A DNA stretch of 41,323 nucleotides from Myxococcota bacterium (GTDB lineage: Bacteria; Myxococcota; JACRCW01). The position numbers were made by a program, and so were the translations under genes. The stretch lies in NCBI GenBank assembly GCA_040752415.1, contig JBFMGU010000075.1, forward strand, positions 1-41,323, read 5' to 3'. The notes under the pieces are model-generated. The model made no database searches, was not told the DNA's origin, and saw nothing but the letters and a program-made list of their open reading frames with translations. Below are positions 17,746 through 27,265 of this stretch, piece by piece (position 1 is the stretch's first letter; every line of letters starts with the position of its first letter).

Positions 17746-19890
17746 ATGGCGGTCGGTCCCGTTCAACAGCGGTCATCCGTGCAGAGCACCACGTCGCAGG
17801 CCCCTGCCAAGGCGCCCGCACCCAAGGCCCCACCGCCCAAGGCCGAGCCACAAGCTGTTCGCCAGGACGCGTCCGGGGACACCGTCCGCGCCAACCGCGA
17901 CCGCAACCGCGGCAATGAGCTGGCGCAGCGCACCCGCGTGGAGACGCAGCGGACGCCGGAGGCGGTGTCGCAGCGACAGGCACGCGCCGACGTGGACCGG
18001 CTCAACCGCGAGTTCGGCGACCCCAAGACGTGGGACGCGGACAAGACGGCCCGCTACGCGGAGCGCACGCGTGACCTCGTCAAGCAACATCCCGGTGACC
18101 GCGCCTACGCCGACGCGGTGGTGGACCACGGGTTCAAGGGACTGGAGAAGGCCGCGCAGTTCGCGGGGGACCGTGCGCACAACGGCGTCGACGACAGCGA
18201 CAAGAAGAACGGCCCGCTGGCCAAGACCGTGGGCGCACTCAGCGACATCACGGCGGCGACGAGCCCGGACCGCACGCAGCGTGTGGCCAACGCCATTGCC
18301 GACCGCATTCCCAACAAGAGCGAGCTCAACCAGCTCGACGACCGCTTCTACGACCACCGCGACAACGGCGGCAGCACCGCGCTGATGGACGCCACCACCA
18401 ACGCGCTGCGCAGCCAGGGCAAGAACGAGGCTGCCGACGAGCTGCAGACCAAGCACGAAGGCGGCGGCGGTTTCGGCATCAGCCTTCCCAATCCCGTCGA
18501 CGTGGTCAACGACGTGAAGGACAAGGCGGTGGACCTGGGCAAGGGGGCGGTGGGCGGCCTCAAGGACCTGGGTGGGGCCGCGGTGGGAACGGCGCTGGAC
18601 GTCGGCGGGGAGGCCTTCAAGGTCGTCGAGAACGCCGGCAAGGGCGTGTTGAAGGTGGCTGGCAAGGGTGGCGAGCTCGTCGTCGACACGGCGAAGAAGA
18701 GCGTGGACCTCGCCGGAGATGTGGCGGGCAAGGGGCTGGATGCCGTCGAGAGCGGGCTCAAGTTCGCCGCGGAGAAGGGCCTGCAGGTCACCGGCGCGCT
18801 GCGTGGCAAGGCGCAGGAGCTCTTCGACAACACGGTCCTCTCCCCGCTGAAGATCGACGACAACATCAGCAAGCTGAAGCCCGGTGACGAATACACCATC
18901 AAGGCCAGTGGCGACGTGGCGCTGGGCGTCTCCGGCGCCGCCGCCGGCGAGATCAAGGTGAGCCGCGGCCAGGACGGCAAGTACACCGTGCAGGGCTCCG
19001 CGGAGCTCGACGTGGGATTGAAGCTGGGTGGCAAGCTGGGCGTCAGCGGCAAGGGCACCGTCGAGTACAAGTTCGACAACCCGCAGGACGCCGCCGAGGC
19101 GAGCCGGATCCTCATCCGTCAGGGCGCCGCGGCCGGTGCGGCGGGTGTGCCCGGTCTGGGCACGGTGATGGCGGGTGTGCTGACGCCGGGCGCCAAGGAG
19201 CAGTCGTTCCTCAACCAACACCGCAGCGCGCTGGAGCTGAGCGCCAAGACCGGCACCGGTGTCGACGTCAGCAGCGGATTTGGCGCGGACTCCGTGATTG
19301 CCAAGGCGGGCGCGGGTGCGGAGGCGGCCATCCGCGTGAACTTCGAGAACGGGCGCCCCGTGTCCCTGACGACGAAGAGTGAAGCCAGCGCGGGCGCGGA
19401 GCTGACGCATGACAGCGTGATTCCGCAAGGCAAGCTCCAGAACGGCCAGCTCCCCGACATCGGCGGGCAGGCATCCATCAAGGCCACGCAGGAGACCACC
19501 GCCAGGCTCAAGGACGGCATCGGCGTCGACGACGTGGTGCAGCTGGCGCTCAGCAAGAACCCCATGGCCCTGACCGATCCGCGTACCGCCGTCACCACCA
19601 ACAAGGTGGAGGTGGATGTGCACGGCGAGGTGGGCGGGAAGGACAAGGGTGTGAAGCTGGAGCTGCAGGTGCAGAACAGCCCGCAGGACTTCGTCAACAC
19701 GGTGCGCGACCTCGTCACCGGCAACCCCAACGAGGCGCTCCAGCGCCTGCAGAAGAACTCCTCGGGCACCCTGCGCAGCTACAGCGAGGAGGGCTTCCAT
19801 GAGCGGCCGCAGTTCAAGCTGCTGGGCCAGGGCCTGGGTTTCGAGTTCCAGAACGAGCGTCGCCACTACGACACGCCCGTGACCTTCTGA
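17746..19890 (+). CDS. Hypothetical protein (~714 aa) with 11-mer amphipathic repeats and Gly/Ala beta-rich C-terminus
   Basis: Long ORF with strong GC3 codon bias and GGGAG RBS before ATG 17746. No recognisable enzyme motif. Confidence 0.8.
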   Translation: MAVGPVQQRSSVQSTTSQAPAKAPAPKAPPPKAEPQAVRQDASGDTVRANRDRNRGNELAQRTRVETQRTPEAVSQRQARADVDRLNREFGDPKTWDADKTARYAERTRDLVKQHPGDRAYADAVVDHGFKGLEKAAQFAGDRAHNGVDDSDKKNGPLAKTVGALSDITAATSPDRTQRVANAIADRIPNKSELNQLDDRFYDHRDNGGSTALMDATTNALRSQGKNEAADELQTKHEGGGGFGISLPNPVDVVNDVKDKAVDLGKGAVGGLKDLGGAAVGTALDVGGEAFKVVENAGKGVLKVAGKGGELVVDTAKKSVDLAGDVAGKGLDAVESGLKFAAEKGLQVTGALRGKAQELFDNTVLSPLKIDDNISKLKPGDEYTIKASGDVALGVSGAAAGEIKVSRGQDGKYTVQGSAELDVGLKLGGKLGVSGKGTVEYKFDNPQDAAEASRILIRQGAAAGAAGVPGLGTVMAGVLTPGAKEQSFLNQHRSALELSAKTGTGVDVSSGFGADSVIAKAGAGAEAAIRVNFENGRPVSLTTKSEASAGAELTHDSVIPQGKLQNGQLPDIGGQASIKATQETTARLKDGIGVDDVVQLALSKNPMALTDPRTAVTTNKVEVDVHGEVGGKDKGVKLELQVQNSPQDFVNTVRDLVTGNPNEALQRLQKNSSGTLRSYSEEGFHERPQFKLLGQGLGFEFQNERRHYDTPVTF

Positions 19891-19992
19891 CGGGGCCCAA
19901 CACTTCCGGTTTGGCGTCGGGCGGTCCGTTGGATATGCACGGCCCCCTGGCGCAAGATACATCCGCCATCCTGACCGGGAGCTTTGGCCACC

Positions 19993-20763
19993 GTGGCTGA
20001 CCGTCCACCCCTCTTCACCCGTCGTTCCCTGCTGGGCGCGGGCCTGGCCCTGTGCGCTCCCGCGGCCCTGCGCGCTGCCAGTGCGCCCGCCCGGTCCAAC
20101 CTGATGACGGTGGGCCAGCTGCAGCATGGAGGCCAATGGGACGCGCGCCCCACCGCCATGCGCCGGCTCATGTGGGAGGCGGGCAAGCGCACCAGCGTGG
20201 AGGTGGCCCCCGACGTCATGCCGGTCACCGCGGACAATCCCGCGCTCTTCTACCTGCCCTTCCTCTACTGGTCCGCCGACGGAGATTTCCCGCCTCTCGA
20301 CGCCGCCGCGCGCGCCCAGCTCAACCGCTTCATCACCTTTGGCGGCTTCATCCTCTGTGACAGCGTCGACGGCGCGGACGGCAGCGGCGCGGATGGCGCG
20401 TTCCGTCGGGAGCTGGCGGCCATCGTTCCCGGGCGCTCCGTCGACGTCATTCCGCGCGAGCACGTCATCTTCAAGAGCTTCTACCTGCTGGACCGCGCGG
20501 AAGGTCGTACCGTGGCCAGCCCGGATCTCTTCGGCGTCGTCGCCGACAACCGCGTGTCGGTGGTGATCACGCGCAATGACCTGGGCGGCGCCTACGCGCG
20601 CGACAACTTCGGCTCCTACCTGCACGAGGTCACGCCCGGCGGTGAGCCGCAGCGTGAGCGCGCGTTCCGACTGGGCATCAACCTCCTCATGTACGCGTTG
20701 TGCCTGGACTACAAGGAAGACCAGGTGCACATCCCGTTCATCCTCAAGAAGCGGCGGCGGTGA
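19993..20763 (+). CDS. DUF4159-family protein with Tat-like signal
   Basis: TRRSLLG twin-arginine leader, PFLYW, GGFILCD, HVIFKSFYL, NDLGGA, AFRLGINLLMYALCLDYKEDQVH. Confidence 0.8.
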   Translation: MADRPPLFTRRSLLGAGLALCAPAALRAASAPARSNLMTVGQLQHGGQWDARPTAMRRLMWEAGKRTSVEVAPDVMPVTADNPALFYLPFLYWSADGDFPPLDAAARAQLNRFITFGGFILCDSVDGADGSGADGAFRRELAAIVPGRSVDVIPREHVIFKSFYLLDRAEGRTVASPDLFGVVADNRVSVVITRNDLGGAYARDNFGSYLHEVTPGGEPQRERAFRLGINLLMYALCLDYKEDQVHIPFILKKRRR

Positions 20764-20765
20764 CC

Positions 20766-23135
20766 ATGTTTCCCTGGGAAGACGCCGCGGAAGCGGGATT
20801 CAATGATTGGTCGGTGACGTCGTTGACCACGCTGCCGGGCTGGGCGGTGTTCCTCCTCACCGCGGGCCTGATGGTGGCGTTCCTCGTCGTGCTGGAGAGC
20901 CTGCGCAAGGCGCCGTGGCGGGTGAAGCTGCCGCTGCTCACGCTGCGCGCGCTGGGCCTCTTGTGCGTCCTGGCGCTGGTGTTGGAGCCCGGGGTGCAGC
21001 TGCAGCAGGTGAGCAGCACGCCAGGGCGCGTGGCGGTGCTCCTCGACGTCAGCCGCTCCATGGGCCTTCCCGTGGGCGACGCTCCGGCCAGCAGCGAGGA
21101 TGACCCTCGTCGTCACAGCCGCCTGGAGCGGGCGCAGAACTTCCTGCAGGAGGCGCGCGGTGCGCTGGCCAGCCTGCCCGGTGCGCTCTCCCTTGAGGGA
21201 GCGGTGTTCCACCAGGACGTGGAATCCGCCACCTTCGAGGACCTGGTGGCCGCGGCGCCGCAGGGCAACTCCAGCAACATCGCCAAGGCGTTGACCACGG
21301 CCATGGCCAGCAAGCCCGGTCGTCCCCTGGCGGGTGTGCTCCTGATTTCCGACGGCGCCGACAACGTGGACCTCCCCGGCAACACCATCCCCAATGAGCT
21401 GCGTGAGAAGCTGCGTGCCGCGGGCGTGCCCATCCACACCTTCACGCTGGGCCATGAGCGCGGGTTCAAGGACGTGGCGGTGGCGTCGGTGGCGGCGGAT
21501 GACTTTGCGTTCGTGCGCAATCCGCTGGAGGTGGAGGCCACCATCAGCGCGCGCGGCTTTCCCGGCATGACCATTCCCGTCACGCTCAAACGGGAAGGCC
21601 GCGTGATCGCCCAGACCACCGCCGTGCTCCCCGACGGAGACGGCACCGTGGACGTGCGCTTCAAGTTCGAGCCGCGCGACGTGGGGGAGGCCATCTACAG
21701 CGTGGAGGTGGCCGAACAGGTGGGTGAGGTCCTCGTCGACAACAACCGCCGGAGCTTCACCCTCAAGATCATCCGCGACCGCATCCGCGTGCTGCAGGTG
21801 GCGGGCCGCCCGAGCTGGGACGTGCGCTTCCTGCGCAAGCTGCTGAAGGAGAACCCCTCCGTGGACCTCATCAGCTTCTTCATCCTCCGCACCCCGCGCG
21901 ACCAGACCGCGGTGCGCCAGGAGGAGCTGTCCCTCATCCCCTTCCCCACGCGTGAGCTGTTCACCGAGGAACTGGGGACGTTTGACGTCGTCATCTTCCA
22001 GAACTTCAACTTCGCCCCGTATGAGATGGGCGGCTACCTGCCCAACGTGCGCGACTTCGTGGTCAACAAGGGTGGCGGCTTTGCCATGGTGGGCGGTGAG
22101 CTCTCCTTCAGCGAGGGTGGCTACGACGGCACGCCGCTCGCCGACATCCTGCCCGTGACGTTGCCGCCGGGACGGGGCCACTACGTCGAGGAGCAGTACA
22201 CACCGACGGTGACCGAGGCGGGCAAGCGTCATCCCATCCTCTCGCTCGGCAACACCGACCCGGTCACCATGATGCAGAACCTGCCGCCCTTCGAAGGCTT
22301 CAATGGCTCGGTGGGGCTGCAGCCGGGATCGGAAGCGCTGCTCACGCACCCCGCGCCGCGCAGTGGTCCCTCGGGGCAGCCGGTGCTGGCGGTGCGTGAG
22401 GTGGGCAAGGGGCGCACGCTCTCGCTGCACTCCGACAGCCTGTGGTTCTGGGCGCTTCCCGACGCTGCGAAGGGCGGTCGTGGCACGGCGCACCGTGAGC
22501 TGTGGGCCAACGCCATCCGCTGGCTCATTGGTGACCCCGCGCTGAGCCGGGTGCGCGTGGAGGCCAAGAGCGGAGCGTTTGATCCCAATGAGCCCGTGGT
22601 TCTCGTCGTGCGCGCGTTTGATTCCGGGTACGGACCGCTGGCCGGGGCCACGGTGGACCTGACCCTGGAAGGCGTGGGTGACAACGCACCCGCGGCGCCC
22701 ACGCCCGACAGCGTGTTGCCGCCGTCCAACGCGCGCAAGGTGACCTCACTGCAGGGAGAGACGGGTCCGGAAGGTGAGTGGGTGGTGCGCCTGCCCAGCC
22801 CGGGTCCGGGTGCCTACCGCGCGCGCGTGACGGCACGGGCCAAGGGCGCCGCGCTGGGTACCGACGAGGATGCGTTCCTGGTGCGCAGCGCGGACCGCGA
22901 GATTGCCGACGGAGCGCCGCGTCCTGAGCTGATGGCCGCCCTCAGCGAGCTCACCGGCGGCACGCAGATCGAGAGCGGCGACGAGATTGCGGGCCTCCAG
23001 TGGAAGGTCCCCGAAGGCGTGCGCGTGCACAAGCGCAAGAGCATCCCGCTGTGGGACCGTTGGCAGGTGGCCCTGGCCTTTGCGTTGCTGTGGGGCCTGG
23101 AGTGGGCGTTGCGACGTCGTCAGGGCTACGCGTGA
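20766..23135 (+). CDS. Membrane protein with vWA-like, Ig-like and glutamine-amidotransferase-like domains
   Basis: Two N-terminal TMs, MIDAS-like DVSRSM and LISDG, DNNRR, GRPSWDVRFLR, GGGFAMVGG, C-terminal TM and LEWALRRRQG. Confidence 0.78.
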   Translation: MFPWEDAAEAGFNDWSVTSLTTLPGWAVFLLTAGLMVAFLVVLESLRKAPWRVKLPLLTLRALGLLCVLALVLEPGVQLQQVSSTPGRVAVLLDVSRSMGLPVGDAPASSEDDPRRHSRLERAQNFLQEARGALASLPGALSLEGAVFHQDVESATFEDLVAAAPQGNSSNIAKALTTAMASKPGRPLAGVLLISDGADNVDLPGNTIPNELREKLRAAGVPIHTFTLGHERGFKDVAVASVAADDFAFVRNPLEVEATISARGFPGMTIPVTLKREGRVIAQTTAVLPDGDGTVDVRFKFEPRDVGEAIYSVEVAEQVGEVLVDNNRRSFTLKIIRDRIRVLQVAGRPSWDVRFLRKLLKENPSVDLISFFILRTPRDQTAVRQEELSLIPFPTRELFTEELGTFDVVIFQNFNFAPYEMGGYLPNVRDFVVNKGGGFAMVGGELSFSEGGYDGTPLADILPVTLPPGRGHYVEEQYTPTVTEAGKRHPILSLGNTDPVTMMQNLPPFEGFNGSVGLQPGSEALLTHPAPRSGPSGQPVLAVREVGKGRTLSLHSDSLWFWALPDAAKGGRGTAHRELWANAIRWLIGDPALSRVRVEAKSGAFDPNEPVVLVVRAFDSGYGPLAGATVDLTLEGVGDNAPAAPTPDSVLPPSNARKVTSLQGETGPEGEWVVRLPSPGPGAYRARVTARAKGAALGTDEDAFLVRSADREIADGAPRPELMAALSELTGGTQIESGDEIAGLQWKVPEGVRVHKRKSIPLWDRWQVALAFALLWGLEWALRRRQGYA

Positions 23136-23263
23136 TGCGTGGTCCTCCCACACCCCGGCAACCGCCGCGCGGTTCGTGGTGCATCGTGTTCTTGCTCCCA
23201 CCGCCGGGCGGATCCTAAGTCTTACCCGTGCTCCTCTCTCCACGGAGCGCACGGGAGGGCTAC

Positions 23264-25300
23264 ATGATGCCGAAGGTTGGTCGCTTTCTGGCGCTGACGG
23301 TGCTGTCAAGCGGGATGGCGTGCTCCAATCCGCCGCCGGTCCCTGGGCCCTGGGGCGGTAGTACGTCGTCGACGTCGGGAGGGCCGACGAACGGCATTCC
23401 GCTGGAGCAGCTCTGCCAGCGCGTGGCGGATGGATATCTCAACATCATCGCGGCCAGCATGGTTGTGGACTACCAGCGACGCGGCGGACTGGAGTGTCCG
23501 CAGGGGTCCTTCACCGAACAGGACATCCTCGACCTCTACCGGCTCTACTACGAACCCTATCTGGAGGGAGCCTGCTCGGACGGGGAAGCTGCCGATCCCT
23601 ATTCGTCCTATTACGCCCTCTTCGGCCGCGGCATGGTCAAGGCCATTGCCGACGGAGAGGCGCGCGGACGTGTGATCTACGACGGGGAGATGGCCGGACA
23701 ATGCGACAGGCTGGGAGAGCAGCAGGCCCTGGCCGCGGGAGGGCGCGCCGCGTGGATGAGCACCTGGTGGAATCTCGACGGGGGAGTGGTCGACGCGGCG
23801 CTGCCCCGGGAGTGTCGCGAGTTCCTTCGCGGCCTGCAGGGTGAGGGAGAGCCCTGCGTGACCAACGTGGAATGCGAACAGGGCGCCCAGGGGGCCACCT
23901 GCGTTGGTCCGTTGGGGCCAGGCTGTGAGGGCCGCTGCCGGGCGAACGCCACCGAGGGGCAGCCGTGTGAAGGCGGCACGGAGCCCGCGTGCGTGCCAGG
24001 CCTGGAGTGCGTGCACGACGGCGATTCCAGCCAGCCGGGCACCTGCCGCGGGCCGGTGGGCGCCAACGAGCCCTGCCGGTCCGACGGCGGCACCACGCGC
24101 CGTTGCGAGGACGGGCTCACCTGCATGTCGTCGGGCAGATGCCAGGAGCGCCTGGGCGAGGGCACCGGGTGCGCCAGCAACGAGGAGTGCCGCTCCGGGC
24201 TGACCTGCCGGGGGACGCCACCGCGTTGCCTGGGGCCGGCAGGTGAAGGCGAGTCCTGTGAGGGAGCGAGCTGCGAGGTGTGCCTGTCATGCTGGCGTCC
24301 GCCGGGCTCCGACGGAGGCGCAACCTGCATGACACCCGTGGCCGAGGGCCAGCCGTGCACGAACGCACCCTGCGCGTACCCCAGCCAGTGCTTCCAGGGC
24401 GCGTGCGTCCGTGCCCTGGCGGAAGGGGAGCTGTGCCAGGATGACGTCGTGGCGTCACAGCTCGTGAGCAACTGCAGGTTGGGCCTGGTGTGCGCCTCCG
24501 AGCCAAAGACCTGTCGTCGTCCTGGCGCCGCGGGGGAGCCTTGTCGTTCCCTTCCCGGCCCCACGGCGTCGCAGGGCACGTGCCGGGCCGGATTTGTCTG
24601 CGGTCGCAGCAGCCCCGCCGCAACCGCGGGGACGTGCCTGGCGCCAGCCAAGGCCGGTGAGCCCTGCGGCAACCGCCACGACGTGCATTCCGCCTGCTGG
24701 TTCGACTACAGCGTCTATTTCACCGGCAACTACTCCGGGTTCCTGACGTGCAGCGCCAACGGCGATGGCGGCACCGGTGTCTGCTACCCGTACTACGGCG
24801 GCGCCGAGGGTGAGCCGTGCTCCTATTCCTGCTCGCCGGGGCTGTACTGCAGCCGTGGCGACGGAGGCTCACTCGGCCAGTGCCGCCCAGGCGCCGCGGT
24901 GGGGCAAGCCTGCGACACCACCGGCTACGTCTGCCAGGAAGGCGTGTGTGAGTTCTCCTTCGAGGACGGCGGATACCGCTACCGGTGTGTGCCGCCACGC
25001 GCGCTGGGCGAGACGTGCACCAGCAGTGGCCAGTGCGGCGCCGATGCCTACTGCCAGCTCCCCGACGGCGGTGGCGAAGGAACCTGCACGCCCCGGCACG
25101 CCGAGGGCCAGGCGTGCACACGCTACGACCAGTGCGTCTCCGGCATGGCCTGCCAGGACGGCGTGTGCATTGCGAGCACGTGCGCCACGCAAAACTCCCT
25201 CTCCTCCTGCGCCAACGTGGACCTTCTCGCCCCGTATCTCTTCTGGGGAATCCTCATCGGCGGCGGGGCCAACCGCTGGAAACGTCGTCGCAAGGGTTGA
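23264..25300 (+). CDS. Cys-rich repeat lipoprotein (Dickkopf-like GEPC repeats)
   Basis: Lipobox-like SGMAC, about 13 xxG(E/Q)xC repeat units, C-terminal hydrophobic segment and KRRRK. Confidence 0.8.
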   Translation: MMPKVGRFLALTVLSSGMACSNPPPVPGPWGGSTSSTSGGPTNGIPLEQLCQRVADGYLNIIAASMVVDYQRRGGLECPQGSFTEQDILDLYRLYYEPYLEGACSDGEAADPYSSYYALFGRGMVKAIADGEARGRVIYDGEMAGQCDRLGEQQALAAGGRAAWMSTWWNLDGGVVDAALPRECREFLRGLQGEGEPCVTNVECEQGAQGATCVGPLGPGCEGRCRANATEGQPCEGGTEPACVPGLECVHDGDSSQPGTCRGPVGANEPCRSDGGTTRRCEDGLTCMSSGRCQERLGEGTGCASNEECRSGLTCRGTPPRCLGPAGEGESCEGASCEVCLSCWRPPGSDGGATCMTPVAEGQPCTNAPCAYPSQCFQGACVRALAEGELCQDDVVASQLVSNCRLGLVCASEPKTCRRPGAAGEPCRSLPGPTASQGTCRAGFVCGRSSPAATAGTCLAPAKAGEPCGNRHDVHSACWFDYSVYFTGNYSGFLTCSANGDGGTGVCYPYYGGAEGEPCSYSCSPGLYCSRGDGGSLGQCRPGAAVGQACDTTGYVCQEGVCEFSFEDGGYRYRCVPPRALGETCTSSGQCGADAYCQLPDGGGEGTCTPRHAEGQACTRYDQCVSGMACQDGVCIASTCATQNSLSSCANVDLLAPYLFWGILIGGGANRWKRRRKG

Positions 25301-25468
25301 CCGGCCGTCTCGCGTCACCACCGGAAGCGGTGCTGCGCGATTCCGGGTGATGGCCAAGGAGCCAAGCCCTCGGGCGGGTGCGACGACGTCGTCAGGGTTG
25401 CGCTTGGGCGCGTCCGCAAGCATGACCCACGTGCCCGGCGCGGGCCGCTGCTGCTAGGGTGCGCCGCC

Positions 25469-26686
25469 ATGCGGCCCCTTGATGACATCCTGGTCCTGGA
25501 CCTCTCCCGCGTGCTCGCCGGTCCGTTCGCGTCGATGACGCTGGCGGACATGGGTGCGCGCGTCCTCAAGATTGAACAGCCCGGCAAGGGCGACGACACG
25601 CGCGGCTTTGGTCCGCCCTTCGTCGGTGAGCCCACCGTGGGCGGACGCGGAGAGAGCGCGTATTTCCTCTCGGTGAACCGCGGCAAGGAATCCATCGCCG
25701 TGGACTTCAAGCACCCCGAGGGGCTGGCGCTCATCAAGCAGCTGGCCGCGCGTGCCGACGTGCTCCTGGAGAACTTCCGTCCCGGCGTGCTGGACAAGAT
25801 GGGCCTGGGCGCCAAGGAGCTGTGCCAGGCCCACCCACGACTCATCTACTGCAGCATCAGCGGCTACGGGCACGCCGGTCTCGACGAGTACGTGCAGAAG
25901 CCCGGCTACGACCCCGTGGCGCAGAACCTGGGTGGACTGGCCTCCGTCACCGGTCCCGTCGACGGAACGCCGTTCAAGGCGGGCTACAGCATCGCGGACA
26001 TCACCGCCGGCATGCTGGCCGTGCAGGGCATCCTGTTCGCGCTGTACGCGCGCACGCGCACCGGCAAGGGTCAGCACGTGGACATCAGCCTGCTCGACGG
26101 ACAGGTGTCCCTGATGGCCTACCATGCGGGCGCGTCCGGCGTGACCGGGAAGCCGCCACGTCGCCACGGGAATGGACATCCCAACATCGTCCCGTTCGGT
26201 ACGTTCAAGGCTTCCGACGGGTGGGTGACCATTGGCGTGGCCAACGACTCGCTGTTCAAGACGTTCAGCGAGATGTGCGGCCACCCCGAGTGGCAGCAGG
26301 ACCCGCGGTTCAAGACCAACGCCACCCGCGTGGAGAACCGTGAGGCCATGGAGGCCACGCTGGCGCCCATCATCGTGTCCCGCACCGTCGACGAGTGGGT
26401 GAAGGCGCTGGATGACGCGGGCATCCCCGCCGGCCCCGTGCTCGACGTGGTGCAGGCCATGGCCCACCCGCAGGTGCGCGCGCGCCAGATGGTGGTGGAG
26501 ACGGAGCACCCGACGGCGGGCAAGCTCAAGCTCACCGGTGTGCCCGTGAAGCTCTCGCAGACGCCAGGTGAGGCCGCGGGTCGACCGCCGCTGCTGGGTG
26601 AACACACCGACGCGTCACTCAAGAACGTGCTGGGCCTCACCGACGAGAGGTTGGCGTCGCTGCGCAAGCAGGGGGCCATTGGCTGA
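25469..26686 (+). CDS. CaiB/BaiF family III CoA-transferase
   Basis: LDLSRVLAGP, LADMGARVLKIE, NRGKESI, ENFRPG, SISGYG, GYD and GQHVDISL motifs. Confidence 0.93.
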   Translation: MRPLDDILVLDLSRVLAGPFASMTLADMGARVLKIEQPGKGDDTRGFGPPFVGEPTVGGRGESAYFLSVNRGKESIAVDFKHPEGLALIKQLAARADVLLENFRPGVLDKMGLGAKELCQAHPRLIYCSISGYGHAGLDEYVQKPGYDPVAQNLGGLASVTGPVDGTPFKAGYSIADITAGMLAVQGILFALYARTRTGKGQHVDISLLDGQVSLMAYHAGASGVTGKPPRRHGNGHPNIVPFGTFKASDGWVTIGVANDSLFKTFSEMCGHPEWQQDPRFKTNATRVENREAMEATLAPIIVSRTVDEWVKALDDAGIPAGPVLDVVQAMAHPQVRARQMVVETEHPTAGKLKLTGVPVKLSQTPGEAAGRPPLLGEHTDASLKNVLGLTDERLASLRKQGAIG

Positions 26687-26731
26687 CGCCGTACGTGGTC
26701 GCGTTGTACCGTCGTTGAACCGGGAGGCACG

Positions 26732-27265
26732 GTGGGACGCAGGGCCGACAGGGAGCTGGTGGATGCGTTGCGCGGTGTGCTCCGCGGCATGGAGCAGGTG
26801 ACGCGTGCGTCCGGTGCGCGCGAGCTGTCCCGCCTGGCCAACGCCGCCGCGCGCCTCATGGATGACATGACGCACATCGTGGACCAGCTGGACCCCGACG
26901 TGCGCCAGGAGAACAACGCCGACCTCGTCGAGATGATTGCGGCCGTCTACACGGCGGAGTTGGGGCGCACGCCGGACCCTGCGGGCCTGGTGCACTGGCT
27001 CAACATGGCGGCGGCGCAGCGTCGTGCGGGCGCGTCTCTCGAGCAGATCCGTCACGCCGTCACCCAGGGCGTGCGCGCATCACCGGAATACCGCCAGCGT
27101 CAGCAGGCCCAGCAACGGCCTCCCCCGCCACCGCCTCCTCCGCCACCTCGCGCGGAGACGCGCCCCCCGCCCCCACCGCCGCCACCAGCGCCACCGTCGT
27201 CGTCGGGAGCGGATGACTACGGGCCCGGCACGCCCGGCAACCGCCGCGTGAGGATCCGCAAATGA
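26732..27265 (+). CDS. Hypothetical protein with a DUF4214-like motif and poly-proline tail
   Basis: GGGAGG RBS before GTG. IAAVYTAELGRTPDPAGLVHWLN...SPEY motif and two poly-Pro runs. Stop overlaps the next ATG. Confidence 0.7.
   Translation: MGRRADRELVDALRGVLRGMEQVTRASGARELSRLANAAARLMDDMTHIVDQLDPDVRQENNADLVEMIAAVYTAELGRTPDPAGLVHWLNMAAAQRRAGASLEQIRHAVTQGVRASPEYRQRQQAQQRPPPPPPPPPPRAETRPPPPPPPPAPPSSSGADDYGPGTPGNRRVRIRK

Noticed and set aside
17773..20730. 985-aa minus-strand ORF, and similar long ORFs at 9093-11471 (+), 33564-36257 (+), 31250-33202 (+), 37826-39856 (-), 20709-22493 (-)
   Set aside because: Antisense shadows of well-supported genes, expected in high-GC DNA with strong codon bias. 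They carry no motifs.
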